Positions 43,547 through 56,900 of a stretch of 64,000 bases of DNA are shown here, in pieces. The notes below the pieces were generated by a model. That model saw only the letters and a list, made by a program, of their open reading frames with translations. It was not told where the DNA came from and did not search any database. Source of the DNA: Epithemia pelagica (lineage: Eukaryota > Protista > Bacillariophyta); the NCBI GenBank assembly GCA_946965045.2, contig OX337240.1, positions 682,001 to 746,000 of the forward strand, read 5' to 3'. A program made the translations under genes and the position numbers. Every line of letters begins with the position of its first letter. Within the stretch, counting starts at the first letter, position 1.

Positions 43547-45052
43547 ATGACGACAACGACACGTCATTCGCTGTTTTATGTGGCAGTGTGTCAAGTACAA
43601 CCAAAGGAGGACGAGGACGGAGAGGGAACCACTAAAAATACGGTGGGAATTGCAGAGCCACAACAACCGTGCAACAATAATCACAAAAGTACAAAGACGA
43701 CGACGACGACGACGACAGAGCAAGGATCCACAGTGCTGATTCTGGCCTCGTACTTTCACCAACCTAACTTTGTACAATCACTCCAAGCTCAGCTCGACGA
43801 CGACCACCAAGAGCAACAAGTATCAGCAACATGCTCTGGGACAACCGAACCAAATCAGCGACCACCAGAACCAGCATGTCGACGCCACGAGTACTCCAGC
43901 AAGGATCGACGTCCAATACAACAAGAAGAGAGTTTCCGAGTTGATCAGTCTCATTTTGAAAGTTATGCCAAGTACAAGCTACAAAAACTGGCAACTCGTC
44001 ATGTCCATGTATGTCTTTCCGTAGGATCTGAACGACCGTTGGCACTGGCCGTACTTCTTGTTGTGAAATAATAGTGGCTCCGGACGACTCACCATGCCTT
44101 GTCCCTTTTGTGTTGGTATACGATGCTACAGACAAAGAGTTTTTATTCATATTTTGAATCACCCTCCTTGGGAAGTTGGCATATCAAGGGGTTGGAAGAA
44201 CCAGGCATGAGCAAAAGTTTGATTTACGTTGTCGTAACGTCTTGTGACTATAGTCTCGTCGTGGCCGCTGAATGCTTGGATGACTTGTCGGAAACCTATC
44301 AAAAGACGCTAAAGGAACAAGAGTCCAAACAAGGTAGTACATGGACGTCATTGTTTCCCTCGCCCAAATTGTTTCATCGACCCGATTTTCTTCCGGAATG
44401 GATGAAGAGGACAAACACAAACGACAGCTCAGGGAACGATTTGGAGGAGGAAGACGACGGCGACAACGCAAACAAGAGAGAAGAAGAAACCAAGACTGAA
44501 CCGTCTACGCCAGAGGAACAAGAGCTATCTCCGCTTGATCAGTGTTGCCAATGGATTGCCCAAACATATGGATCACCAATTGAAGACGGTCTTCCAAATC
44601 AACTCCACGCACAGATAGACGAGGAATATGACGAAACTGCCAAAAAGATGCAACGTCTCTTTCGCCAGATCGAAGCCGCCAAAGAGCAGCTCCATCAGAA
44701 CATAGTAGGGGCTTTAGAGAATACGGAAAAGATTGAAGATCTTCAAAAGGTGGCAGACGATTTGGTCGTACAGGCGGCTGTTTTTAAGAAAAAGGCTAAA
44801 AAGCTGAAATGGAAGATTCGCCCCAAAGAGTATTACTCCAATCCTCTTATGCTCGCCATGGCCTTGGGTTTTTTTCTGGGATTTTGGGCCGGTGGACCAA
44901 CGGGCGCTGCCGTCTTGACCGAACTGTCCTCGGTTGCGGCCGCACAGGCGGTTGAGGCCGGGGCGGGTGCCTTGATCCTGGCTACCGGATACCTTGGTGC
45001 TCGCTCAGCCATGGATCGATGGGCCTTTCGACAAACGCCCATCTTGTTGTAA
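43547..45052 (+). CDS. Longin-type VAMP/synaptobrevin-like SNARE with C-terminal TM; probable intron 44009-44131
   Basis: Longin-like blocks (LFYVAVCQV, LIYVVVTSCDYSLVVAAECLDDL). SNARE helix KMQRLFRQIEAAKEQLHQNIVGALENTEKIEDLQKVADDLVVQAAVFKKKAKKLK, followed by a TM segment. Confidence 0.8.
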
Positions 45053-45355
45053 ACTAAGACAAACCGCGCATATACTCCTGTCGGAAAACGTGACTACCTA
45101 TAGTACGATGTCAAGAAGGGGAAGGGGGCATAATCGGGGGTGAAAAATCGACGATCTTTTTAGGAGGGGTCGCGCTTTTCGACTACACAACTTTGGCAGC
45201 GAAACGACATACAGCTTTTCGACCACGAACCCAAGACCAAGACCCCCAAGTCGCCCCGAGAGTTGTGTGTGGAGTGGGGATGCGCTTCCGAAAAATATCT
45301 TGCTTTCGTCACAAAAAAAGATTCACCCAAACTATCAGCATTCCTACCCTGAACT

Positions 45356-46042
45356 ATGATCCCCACTCTTCATTCTTTGTTTAACAAGGCAGTCTGCCAA
45401 GTACATGCACAGGAGGGCAAAGACGTCGCAGAAGGAACCACTTTGGTTGGAGATGAAGAACCACACGAAACTGCCACAACGGCCGATGGATCCACGGTGC
45501 AAGAAGGAGACGACGAAACTATCAATGAACAGCTCACTCATCAACATCTCTCTCCACCCGATCGATGTTCCCAACAGATTGTCGAACCGTCTGCCCAAGT
45601 GGACTACGACGAGACAGCAATCAGGATAAAAGCTCTCTATCGTCAGATCGAAGTAGCCAAAGAACAGTTCCATCAAGGCATCATGGAGGCAATAAAGAAT
45701 ACCGAAACGCTCCCAGATTTGCAAGAGAAGGTACAGAAGCTGAAGGATGAGGCGGCCGTCTTCTGGACAAATTCCAGAAAGCTCAAAGACGCAGTGCGTC
45801 CCAAAAATCGTAACTCCAATGCTCTTTATGTTGTCATGGCCTTGGTATTTATCTTGGTTTTGAGTGCTTGGGCGAGATGCCGCAGTCTCTACCGAAATGA
45901 TGTCCATCGTGACAGCACAGGTGGTCAAGACTGGAGCGAAAGCGAACATCTTGAGCCTGGCGTGGAAGAGCCCTTTCCAAGACCAGTTGAAGCGACTTCT
46001 GATTTGTTAAACTTTCTCGAAATTGCGGCATTTTGTCTTTGA
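45356..46042 (+). CDS. Second, longin-less VAMP-like paralog (partial tandem duplicate; may be a pseudogene)
   Basis: LSPPDRCSQQIV...DYDETAIRIKALYRQIEVAKEQFHQGIMEAIKNTETL...RPKNRNSNALYVVMAL parallels the upstream gene. Confidence 0.65.
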   Translation: MIPTLHSLFNKAVCQVHAQEGKDVAEGTTLVGDEEPHETATTADGSTVQEGDDETINEQLTHQHLSPPDRCSQQIVEPSAQVDYDETAIRIKALYRQIEVAKEQFHQGIMEAIKNTETLPDLQEKVQKLKDEAAVFWTNSRKLKDAVRPKNRNSNALYVVMALVFILVLSAWARCRSLYRNDVHRDSTGGQDWSESEHLEPGVEEPFPRPVEATSDLLNFLEIAAFCL

Positions 46043-49000
46043 GGACAACACGAGTAACGGCACACCGCAGGCATGCTGACATCAGCGCAACAACAACATG
46101 GCGGAACTATGCTGAATCAAACTCCTCGTCCTCTGGGGGAAACGAGTAGATGCTTGCTCTGACTGGAACTTCGGCCTTAAGACAAGGTCGACGACAGGTT
46201 CGATCCAGTCAATCGTGAATGTTGTCCTGTTCTTTTTCAAGGTCGTCGACGATCAGACAGCGGGATATGGTGCCGGATGCCGCTGGTTTCTTGATAGCCT
46301 TGTCTGGCTGCTGTAGCGCTGCAAAAGCATCGCACAAGCTGTTAGCCGCCCCACGTTATCTCTGGTGAAAACCCATGAAAGCCGAACCTGAAAAGGAGAA
46401 GATAGTTCTAAACAATAGGGCTAGTCTCCTTGCTGTCGCAAACATACGGATATGTATGAACCCTCTCGCACTCACAGCTCCGCGTACCGGTGACACTCAG
46501 ACAACAACAGTCAAATATATCTTGTTGTCACCATTGCCTTGTTTTGCGGTGACATACCCCTTTTGAGAACTAAAGTGAAAGGTATTCCGTCGTCATAGTC
46601 GGCATCTCCGTTGATTCGCGTCCCTCTTGATCCTTGTCTTCCATCAGCCCTGCTTCGATGGGCTTTCAGCAATCGTCCACTCTGTTGTCAGCGACAAAGC
46701 AATGTTGTTGGAGAACATATTATATCTTACTTGTGTAACACGCACAATTGCCGCATTATATCATATCCAACGATTACTGCATTGACCCCGACGGAGCAGC
46801 TTGGTTAGTTCCATGACACTAATAGATGAAGCGCTATATCATATTTGGAATTGGACCTGGGCCTGCACAAAGAGCATTCCGGTTTCGTACAAGATACTCA
46901 CTTTCGAGAACTGATGGATAAGATGATGAGACAAGAAGATTGGTCCTAGATACTCAAAACTTATGGAAGCCGAGTTAATCGGTTGCTTCGATCATTCATG
47001 TCTGTGTCGCTGAATTCCGCAGCAGATCACAAAAAGGAATCAGAAGTACATACAGAAGATATACTTGGCTCGTGTCGGTGCTGCATCGTCACTCTGTGAC
47101 CGCAAAGAGAAAAGCAGTCCTTTCACGATCCGCATATAACAAGGCAGCCACAATTGGGTTTCTGGATGGCTTGCTCATTACATGATGGACTTCATGTTAT
47201 CTTTTCTTTTGGAGGAATAGATCCTTGTTCTGGTCATGAAAAAAGGGAAAAGGAGAAAAAAGTCTAATGGATTGTGGAACTCTTTCTTTCTTATTGACTT
47301 GGAAGCGGAACGCGGAACTTGGAAAGGCAGTTGGACAATCAACGACAGCAATCAAGACATCCTAATCTCCTGAGACGCAGATATCAAGAACAAAAGATGG
47401 ACCATCGACAAAGTAGTAGATCAGAGATTAGAGGTGAAACTTGCTCTCTCGTTCTCTGATTGTCTACGGAACACGAAAGTTCTGACAGATGCAAATAATA
47501 TGGATATTGGATCCTTTAATACGCTATTGGATTCCAAGAGAAAAGGCAACAATAGCCTCTTCCGACATAGATTTCGAGATGCTTTCTCTCTCGAGGTAAA
47601 GTAGTGGCTGAGTCCATAATATAAGTATAGGTCCCCCACCCATCAATCCCGTTTAGGGAGGGATCCGAAATCGCGCCGCGGTGCCAGAACTCCAGATTCT
47701 GAACAGTACGCGTCTGCTGTGGGCGAGCGTGTGTACGAAAAGTGAGCCCCTCTCCATTAACTCACAAGTGAGTCTGTACTCTCGAAATCTCTTCGCAGTA
47801 GTACAGTAGTCAGCTGCTGTGGAGTGCCACCCCCAAGCAACCAACTCGGAGAAAAACCCCCTCAACTTCCACAGTCAGGCTGACAGACAATAAGCGACCA
47901 GGGCTTGCACCACTAGGTAGTACAGCCGTGTCTTCTCGGGAGGGCGGGTGGGCGAAAGAAGAATGTAAAGAACCGGAGGGTGATCAGATCCAACGATGAC
48001 CTTCACAAATCTTCTTTCCAACAATTTATGATTGTTGAAACTTTGTTGGGACAGTCATCTCGAAGACTGTCCCAACAGACTCTCTTCTTCCAGGAACTCC
48101 TTTGGGTGCGATGTCTCGATCAGCGTTCGTCCGTCGGTCCCTTCTTGACCGGGGCGGTACGATGCGGGCAAAAATGCGAGTAACCTTACGAGTACAATAC
48201 ATCGTACAACATCGTACATTGTATAGTAGACTACTAGAGAGACGAGTACATAACAAAAAATAACAGATGAAACAGATAGCAAACCCTCCGACTAGATGTC
48301 CGCTTCTTAGCTCGTCTGTTCGGGCAAGACAAACCCAATCTCACAGACAAAAAAATGAATGGAAATTTCACATCCATCGGTGGAAAGGCTGGCGTGATGT
48401 GACAGCTGGAAGATGGCAGGCGTTCTGCTCAACAAGACTCAAAATAGTGTTCTCAGTGAGATCACGGGTCACAAAATCGAAGCAGGCAACAAAACGAGGC
48501 AATGACCAAACCAACATCAAAAACGGCATGCTTCGTCCCTGGCCATCTCATCTCATCTTTGTCACTGCACATCCATCATGGTAAGTTCTGGAATGGCTAA
48601 TACTTGCATTGGAATGGACAATGTTTAGTTGTAGGCTCTCACTACGTTGCCAGTTGCCATAGTGTGTCATTTGTTTGTGCCATGTAACATCCATTTTGGT
48701 CGATGCCATGTGGGGCTGCTGGCATCATTTGTAGGATTCTTATAGGACAAAATAGAGCTATAGACCTCAATTAGGAGTAGGTAGGATAAGTGGAGGAAGC
48801 CATCCATTTTTCCTCTGCTGTCGCTCAGTTTGGGTCTTTAGTGGATTGTGATGTCGACCTGCTCCTGTTGTTCTTTTTTTGTTACCATGAGCATGACTTG
48901 TCTTTCCCAGCAGTGCAGGGGACTCTACACTCTATATGCTCCATAACGCAACTAGAAGGAGACGTATTCTAAAATAGGACTGTATGTGGTTGCAAAGAGA

Positions 49001-49801
49001 CAAGCCTACGGCAACGGCACGGTGTTGTGGAGGAGGGTCCACTTTTAAACGGACACAAACACTAGAAACAACCACACTTCTCCTAGAAAAAACAAAGAAA
49101 GGATGGGGTAGAGCAAAACACTATCTATGGTCTATATGTCAAATGTCCATGGTGTGCAGATGATAGAGAATGCATTGTGATGGTGCATGTCCATTATCCA
49201 TGTCAAAAGGTGCGTAGTGAAAATAATGTGGGCCGCAACTTGGGACGACAATCAAGAATGGGGAAGACCAACGGTCAAAGTGCGCACGCCTGCTCACAAA
49301 ATTTCAAAACGGTGATCCAGAAGGCCGGCGTGATCATTTTCATTTTGACCCGAAATTTTCTTCAAAAACGCAAAAAAACCAAAATTAAAATGGTTGGTCG
49401 CGGAGAGCGGCTGGGGGGCTAAGAAGCGGACACCTAGTCGGAGGGTTATAGCCCTCCACTGGCCAATCAAAAAATCTTATTGTCCTTGTTATAGCTCGCT
49501 TCAGGGCTTATTGCATTGGGGCTTATCAATTGAAGTCTCTACCAAATATTATTATCTTCGATTCAATGAAAAACCATTTATTATATTATATATGCCCCTT
49601 CCATATGATTCCCCCGACTCAGGACCAGCAAGATACTAGCCGTATTTTCGAAGCAGAAGTTGACAGGGAGAAGATTCGGTCAGCTGGCAATCGACACCAG
49701 ATAGACACACCGTGTCAAATTCCAAAAAACCTCTCACAAAAACAAAAATTCGACTGCTGAGATCATAAAACCACTGTGAAGGGAACGAAAACTAAACCAT
49801 C

Positions 49802-50339
49802 ATGAAAGAATTAGGATACTCAACGATCTCTGTTGTCCTCGAAACATGGGATGCTGCCAAGTTCAGTGAGAAGGATTTCGAGGAAGAATTTGGGCGGATG
49901 GCAGTTGCCAAGTATGTGATTGGACATGTGATGATAATTGGCATTCTTTTGATGAAGAAAGAGTCTAACGCTGTGTCCTTTCTATGACAGACTATTTGAG
50001 ATCCAGCCTCGATCTAAGCAAGTCTTTGGATTTGATAAGAGTGAAGCAGAGGGGAAGGCGCATGCGGAAATACACGCCAAGGCTTTCTCTGGAGTTTTTG
50101 ACAGTGTCTTCCAGATGCTTGGCCCAGACAAAGAATTTATCGAGGAGATGCTTTCGAACATTGGAAAACGACACAAAAAGATGGGAGTCAACCCTTCTTT
50201 CTTCCCATTCATGTGCCAGGCACTTTTGTTTTCATTGGAAAAGTATTTGTCGCGCTCGTTGACCGACAAAGAAAGGGAGGCATGGGAAGAAGTATTCGAT
50301 GCAATTAGCGGGGAAATCATCCGGCAAATTTTGGCCTAG
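49802..50339 (+). CDS. Single-domain globin; intron 49912-49990
   Basis: ETW (A helix), K|LFEIQPRSKQVF (B14/CD1), distal IHAK, proximal GKRHKKMGV, AWEEVF. Confidence 0.93.
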
Positions 50340-50842
50340 CTCTGACCCCAACCTCAATCTATCCCGAGTAGTTCCATCGAATTCACAATCCGATTATCCG
50401 AGTACTCGCATTTCCATTGTATTTCCCCGCATAAATTATCTGAATCTCTGATGGGAGCATTTCGGATGAATACATAGTCTTAAAACTAGTGCAAATCCAT
50501 GAGTTTTGATCCAATTCGTCCTGATTCCTGATGTAGAAAGTCAATACGACAGGATTGCGGTACTCTACGCTGGTAGTACTACTTAACAAGCACCGGATAT
50601 TGCAGCGTAGAAAAAGTTTGAAATGACCAAGTTGCCGACACGGAACAGAAAGCGTTGTAATATTCGGTGATCTGTTTCCTCACCAGAAAATAGGACTCAA
50701 GCTCGAGTGCAACAATCAGCCATTCAAGACAAATTGACAATGGTCAGTCGCCAACAACAGTACCAACCTCCGTGCACGTCACTCAACAAGAGAGTCATAG
50801 CAACAAAAAACAAATATGTCTTCACATGTCCTGAGAGGAAAG

Positions 50843-52642
50843 TCAGGCGTTGCCGCTTTGTCGACCGCAACTGTCGTCCTTGGAGCATCGGCAGGTCATA
50901 CGCTTCACCTTGCGCCTTGTGGATTGCCACGCTTCCTCCACTTTTGCGAAGGGCAACAACATTCTTGTCCCATGGCGTTGTCGCTGAACCTTCCTCCTTT
51001 CGTGTTCGGCCGTGTCGAGTTGTTCATCGGTATAGCCAGCCTCTTTTAAAATGTCTCGACGTTGGTAGAAACTCAACAGTCCACAACGTGCTTTCCGTTG
51101 CGAGCGACGTACCGACTCGAAGGAGTCGATACAGCGAGGGTGCTCCGCTTCAAAGTTCCACGATAGAGAAACAGGGGCACCGATAGAACAATTGGGGTGG
51201 TCTCCCAGCTGCATGGAATAATGCCTCACCTCAACAGTATCAAAAGACACTTTTTGTGACTCACGAGTTGTTCCTTTATCTTTGATCTTGTCACTAATGG
51301 TGATGCTTTTAAGAATCGATCGACAAACGGAATCACACTTTTCCTCGCCCGGATAACCACTTTCTTTGTTTTCGTCACAAGTACCTTGATTTGAGGTGGG
51401 TTCGTTCGCCTCTGTTTCATCCCACTCTTCGAGGGCTGAATTTGCGTGCTTGTTGACGGTGTCTTCCTGATCAGAAGTGAAGCTATCTTCGTCCAAGGTC
51501 GACGTCGTGCGTCGGGATTCGTTGTTGTGCTCCGGGACACTCCTGTACTTCACGAGACAGTGATTGGACAGGCCGATCTTCTCGTCCTGGAGAGGTTCGA
51601 CATGTTTCTCAGAATTCTCCTTCTGTATGGGTTCCTCTTCCGTTGCTCGTCCGTTGTCTGGAGTTACCAGCACAGAGTTGTTTCCTTTGGACGTTTCTTG
51701 GTTCACGAATTCTCTATCGACTGTGACCTCTTCCTCATTATGACCGAGCACAATGAACTCATCCCCATCTGCAAGTTTATGTTCCATTGCATCGTTTTGT
51801 TGCGTACTTTCGTCCATTGCTTGGGACTTTTCAACTGAATCATTCTGATAGGTGGTTGTTTCGTTTTCTATATCCTGAAGAATCGGACCATTTTCTTTGG
51901 ACACGACGCTTGTCACTGGTTGGTTTTCCTTATTGATCGCTTTGCCTTCAATCTCCTGTAACACGGTATCGCGTTCTCTACAAGTATCGGGTTGTACTTT
52001 CTCGTTCGGAGGTTCAACTTCTCTGTCGTTTGCATCCTGTAGGAAAGCGGTCTTTCGTCCCAACGTTTCGCTTTCAAGCTCATCGTTCTTCGGATTTCGA
52101 GTGCTGGAGCGCGAATTCTGTAATCCAAGAACACTTTCCCCACACTGTTCGATTTCGACCGAAGCTATTTGTTCCATATTTTCCCTGTTGTTTGTACCCT
52201 GTAGAACATCGCTAGGCTCTCCATCTGTTTCACTTGGAGCAAGATCGTTTCGGATTGTGATTTCTCTCGTATCAGCTTCCTCTACTATAGCGACAGGCAT
52301 TTCAGACTTCACATTTCCCACAAAATGTTTTTGTGGCACGGTGTTTTCTTTGCTGTCGCCGCTTTCTGAAAGAAGTTCATTTTCTAATAGCTTGTTTTGA
52401 TGCGTGGTTCCTCTCTCGTCTGGAGTTGCCACAAGGGAGTGACTTTCCGAAGAGACCTTCTCGCTAAACGATACTTCTTTCTGCCCATAGGGAACTTGAG
52501 CAACAACACTGGTTGTATGATCATGATTCCTTATTCCAGTTTCTTGCTCTCCATGACACAAAGGCACTGATGGACTATCGGCGTGGCAAATCTCATCTGG
52601 TGTCATCTCACTAGTAGCTTGAGGTCCATTTTCTTCGAGCAT
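50843..52642 (-). CDS. Acidic low-complexity protein with the C-terminal diatom-type KVSF..VEVRHY...GDHP.CS.G.P..L.W domain
   Basis: 614-codon frame, ATG at 52642; KVSFDTVEVRHYSMQLGDHPNCSIGAPVSLSW...RRDIL..AGY. Confidence 0.8.
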   Translation of the reverse strand: MLEENGPQATSEMTPDEICHADSPSVPLCHGEQETGIRNHDHTTSVVAQVPYGQKEVSFSEKVSSESHSLVATPDERGTTHQNKLLENELLSESGDSKENTVPQKHFVGNVKSEMPVAIVEEADTREITIRNDLAPSETDGEPSDVLQGTNNRENMEQIASVEIEQCGESVLGLQNSRSSTRNPKNDELESETLGRKTAFLQDANDREVEPPNEKVQPDTCRERDTVLQEIEGKAINKENQPVTSVVSKENGPILQDIENETTTYQNDSVEKSQAMDESTQQNDAMEHKLADGDEFIVLGHNEEEVTVDREFVNQETSKGNNSVLVTPDNGRATEEEPIQKENSEKHVEPLQDEKIGLSNHCLVKYRSVPEHNNESRRTTSTLDEDSFTSDQEDTVNKHANSALEEWDETEANEPTSNQGTCDENKESGYPGEEKCDSVCRSILKSITISDKIKDKGTTRESQKVSFDTVEVRHYSMQLGDHPNCSIGAPVSLSWNFEAEHPRCIDSFESVRRSQRKARCGLLSFYQRRDILKEAGYTDEQLDTAEHERRKVQRQRHGTRMLLPFAKVEEAWQSTRRKVKRMTCRCSKDDSCGRQSGNA

Positions 52643-53902
52643 CGTTCCACAGCAGTAGAGTTGAGGTTGGTCCGTCGTGGACAACAATGCAGGGATGATT
52701 GGATAGAGAACAATGAATTTTAGCTTCGTATTGTGGACATGGTGGGGATGGTGGTGGCAGTTGTTGCTTCCCCCGAGGATGCGGGGGTGTGCGCGACGTC
52801 AGGGACAGCACCCGGCCAATGCGCGACCAAAGAGGAAACAACTCGGGACCTGGACCCATTCTATGTCTATTGTCTATGTCATGTTTTCTCCATATGAATT
52901 CTTCACCCCGAAAGACTCGAACCTACTCCTAACGAGCGATGCTCATTCCTGATGCGTTCGAGAGATCAACTGGAAGAGGACTTAAGTATGCCGTGTACTC
53001 CTCTGTTCAACTTAGGGCTGTTTACTCCTCTTCACCTCATGGAAATGATGACCAATATCTCACCTGTTTTGCGAACCAACTTTCTACGGTCAATACTTGC
53101 TTGTTTTCGAGTTTGAGAGCCGCATATGCGCTCGTCAGGGTTACTGGAGACTCTCCATCTGAGGATAAGTGTGTGACGAATCGGTACAAGTACCAAGGAA
53201 TAGCCGAAAGCTGTATTCTTTGTCGACTGAAGAATCTCGTCTCGGTAATATAAACCACTAATGTAAAGGTTTGTTTCATTAAATGAAACTTTGAACTCTG
53301 TTCTAGACATTTGGCATCATGTACTCCTAACGCGATGCGTCTCTGACGTGCAAAACCATTGTTTAGCAAGAGATTGTGGCGCAGAACCTCTCTAATAGCT
53401 ATTTAGACCGGTAGAGGTCAGCGCTACGTGTGAAACAGGGTACTACGGCCATGGGTCGCATGGACACGAGGTTACTCTGGTTGTAGATGAAACGCCTCGG
53501 TGATGCAATCATAGCACTCAGAACTCAGAACTCCACATGAGAAAACATGATCACGTATCACGTCCCACGATTTGCATTTTTCCAACGCAGTCTGAAATTG
53601 CGCGGCCATTGCCAGATTGCGTTTCCAGTGTTGGGGGCGCGTCAGGGGACAGTAGACAAAAGAGTACATGCGACAAATTCGGCCACACCCATGGGAAAAC
53701 CCCAGCGCGCACTGGCTGAAACAAAAGCAGGCACGCGGAACGTTGTATGCCCATAATTCCCCAAATGCCCTCACACAACGCAATCTCAACTCACAAAACC
53801 GCAACTTCCATCTCGGCTGTGGTGGTCGTCTGAAGGACCCAAGTTATTGCTGTCCTCTAGCGTCCAAACAGCTCTGAATTGACTGTACTATTAAGCTGTA
53901 GC

Positions 53903-56900
53903 ATGAGGTCTCGCCGCTTGCCGCTTGGAAGCCCCTCGCGGAAGGAGCGGTTTCTCTCGGACGATGGTGCCGCTGCAGGTGGTCGTAGTAACAGCAGCAT
54001 CGCTCAAACCGAAACGGTTCGGGTTAGAACCCGACAAGCTCCTCCAGTTGCTCGAAAGGAGAGTGCATCAAACCAACCGAAACGACAAAGAAGGACAAAT
54101 CGAGGTCTTCCACTGTCAGCCTCGGCGGCACAGCCGTCCAATGGCCCGAAAGCTCCACCAGAGGCCCAACCTGTGAGCCATGATGAAATACACTCCAATG
54201 GGGAGGAGGATGTTGTGGCAGCTGTTATAGTTGAAGATGCCGAAGAGGTCACGAGTGAATCAAACAAAGGTGCCAAACAAGAGGAAACAAACGGTACTGA
54301 GAAAATTGATGGCGGAGATATTGTTGTCAGTCTCACTTCTGTGACGAGAAATCGGGCTTCTGGGAAAACGGGCTCTTCTCCTGGTGGACTCGTTGCTACT
54401 CGACCGGATGGCTCCCAAGTCCATATTCAAGTAATTGTGGAAAACAAAAAGTTTGTGTACGTGGATGGTAAAACTAAGTCGTTTTCTCAAGAAGAATCAC
54501 TTGAAACGAACGAAAGACCAGATATACGCGGATACTTGAACGGAGATCAGATTGACGCAGAACCCCAGCAATTTGACAAGAAGGCGAAATCAAATGTGAA
54601 AGAGCTTGCATTATCGAACGATGAAATGACAGGGGACGGAGAACTCCCTATCGATGAGAACGACGAGAACGACGAGGATGAAGATTATGACGATGACATC
54701 GGAGGAAACCCTGACGACGACCCAGAGACTCAAGGAGCTGTTTCGTCCAAGCGAGCGGATCGAAAACGCAAGGCGTCCCATGCAGACGATGATGATAAGG
54801 ACAAAATTGCTTCCAAAAAGAAAAAGAAAAAGAAGAAACTTCATAGAAAGTCAACAGAGACCGCAGCACCGATGACCGAGGCTGCCGCTTTGCCCATTCC
54901 TCCAGGCGCAATGCAACCAAAACCTGGAATCGCTCAAGCGACTCCGGCCTTTTACTTTTATTTGGCTGAAAATAAAGGAAAAATCGAACGAGTTCTTTCT
55001 CGTCGTCATCGTAATTTCAATAAACTTGGCAAAGCTGGAGAAAAGAACGCTCTCATTGCCAAAGAAGCTGCTCTATGGTGGTCAAGACTCAGACCCACAG
55101 ACCAGAGACGTTACGTCAACATGTCAATGCGCGATTTTGAGGGGAGAATCATTGAGTGGAAAGAAGACAAAAGCATCCGAGAGATGAACTCAAACATGGG
55201 GATATCATCCTCTGACCGTTCAACGAAGTCGGAGAATCAGATGTTAGAAGATGATGAGAAATTAACTTGGAAGCGACACCAGAGGTTGTACCTCAGCACT
55301 TCCGTCGGAAGCAAACCGTTTAAAGCAGAGCCAGAGCTTTCCTACAATCGAGTTCTCCAGGATCTTTTGCATGATTTGAGGTTCCATCCGTTACCAATGC
55401 TGAGCACATGCAGACCAGTACAGGAAGAAGAAAAAGACGACATGGGCACCAAAGTTCTCATACCATACTTCGATGTTCACGGACCAGCGTCGACAAGTGT
55501 GGGAGACGCCTGTTTGGGCTGCATCAGGAGCTGGAATCACTTTTGCCCTGTCCTCCAACGTCGAGTTCCGGCAGTTGAGCACCGTGCCCGACTCCAGCCA
55601 CCCGTTAGCTCCCTGCTCGCAACGCGAGTTGGCCTCGGTCTTCGCCCCCATTTAACCAAGCCTATCGATCAGACAGAACAAAAAGATGAGGAATCAGAAC
55701 TTTTGGAATGGAAAACATCGAAACAACAGGAGGATATGATGCATCTGCCAATCGTTCCCAGCAGCACTTTGAACAACCCAAACGAACGGATGGACGACAT
55801 TGTCTTGTTCGTCGAAGAGGCAACAGCCATGAAAGTTCCCGAACCATCACGACCAGAGATGACCGCGAAGTCTCAACTGCGATCCTTGCCTTTGCAAACT
55901 GCAAAACAAGATGAGAGTATCTTCAAGAAATGCGGACGATGCCGAACGATAATTCGAGGAGACACCGGGTGTGTGCAGTGTAGAAGGGCACAGTTGGTCA
56001 TAAATATGGCCAAAAGACAAAAACAAGATGGGAAATTGCTGAAGGTCCATACGTCGATGCTAGGCAGATATAATACAAAAGATCCACCCGAGCCTCAGTC
56101 TGAATCTGACGAACGCATTGCGACCGCAATGCTGAAAGAGCGCTGGACCCCTACAGCTGTGCTACCTGCTCAACCACGATATACCCCCCATCCAACTAGT
56201 AAAAAACGCCCAGCAAGCACAACTGTTGAAAAGGAAATCCAAACGACACGGAATACTGATTCACCTCCCGAGGAAGACCTTGCACCGCGAGGTAGACCAA
56301 GTCGAATCCCAACCGTGTTTCAAGATAATTATGAACCCCATGAACGTCAAGAGATAATGGAAAGGAATCGAAGGGCTGTTAATGTCTTTCAAAAGAAAAT
56401 TGTGTTGATAGCTTGTTCAGGAATGCTTCAAGCCTTGGTAAGACGAGACCCTCTCAAGCTTTTTGATCAACCTGTGTCGGACGAAGCATATTACAAAGTG
56501 ATCAAAAATCCGATGTTTTTCTGCACTATGCGAGAGAAAATATCGAACAGCACCTACACCAGTTTGGGGGCATTCGCGAATGATGTGAAGCTGCTCTGTG
56601 AAAACGCGTTGGACTACAATCTGCCACACTCTATTTACGCCAAAGCAGCAACGGAGATTCAAGAGCTGTTCTCCATAGTACACAAACGCGCCAGTAATTG
56701 GGTTTCTGCGCTAAAGGATGCCTACTCAAACGATCTCAATAGTGGTAAGATTACGGAAAAGACTGATTCAACCACCTCGGATGATGAACTCGACGAAGCT
56801 TTTGTCGATCTCCAGCAAGATTGGCCAGAGGCGTACAACCTTTTCAACAACGGGGAAAGACTGAAAAACCATGCAGCAGCAGATTTCACTCGCACGGAAG

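Noticed and set aside
45849-47400. Protein-like fragments on the minus strand
   Set aside because: Multiple stops and no recognisable family; too degraded to call.
52939-53369. Short protein-like minus-strand frames upstream of the GDHP gene
   Set aside because: No ATG-led, recognisable ORF.
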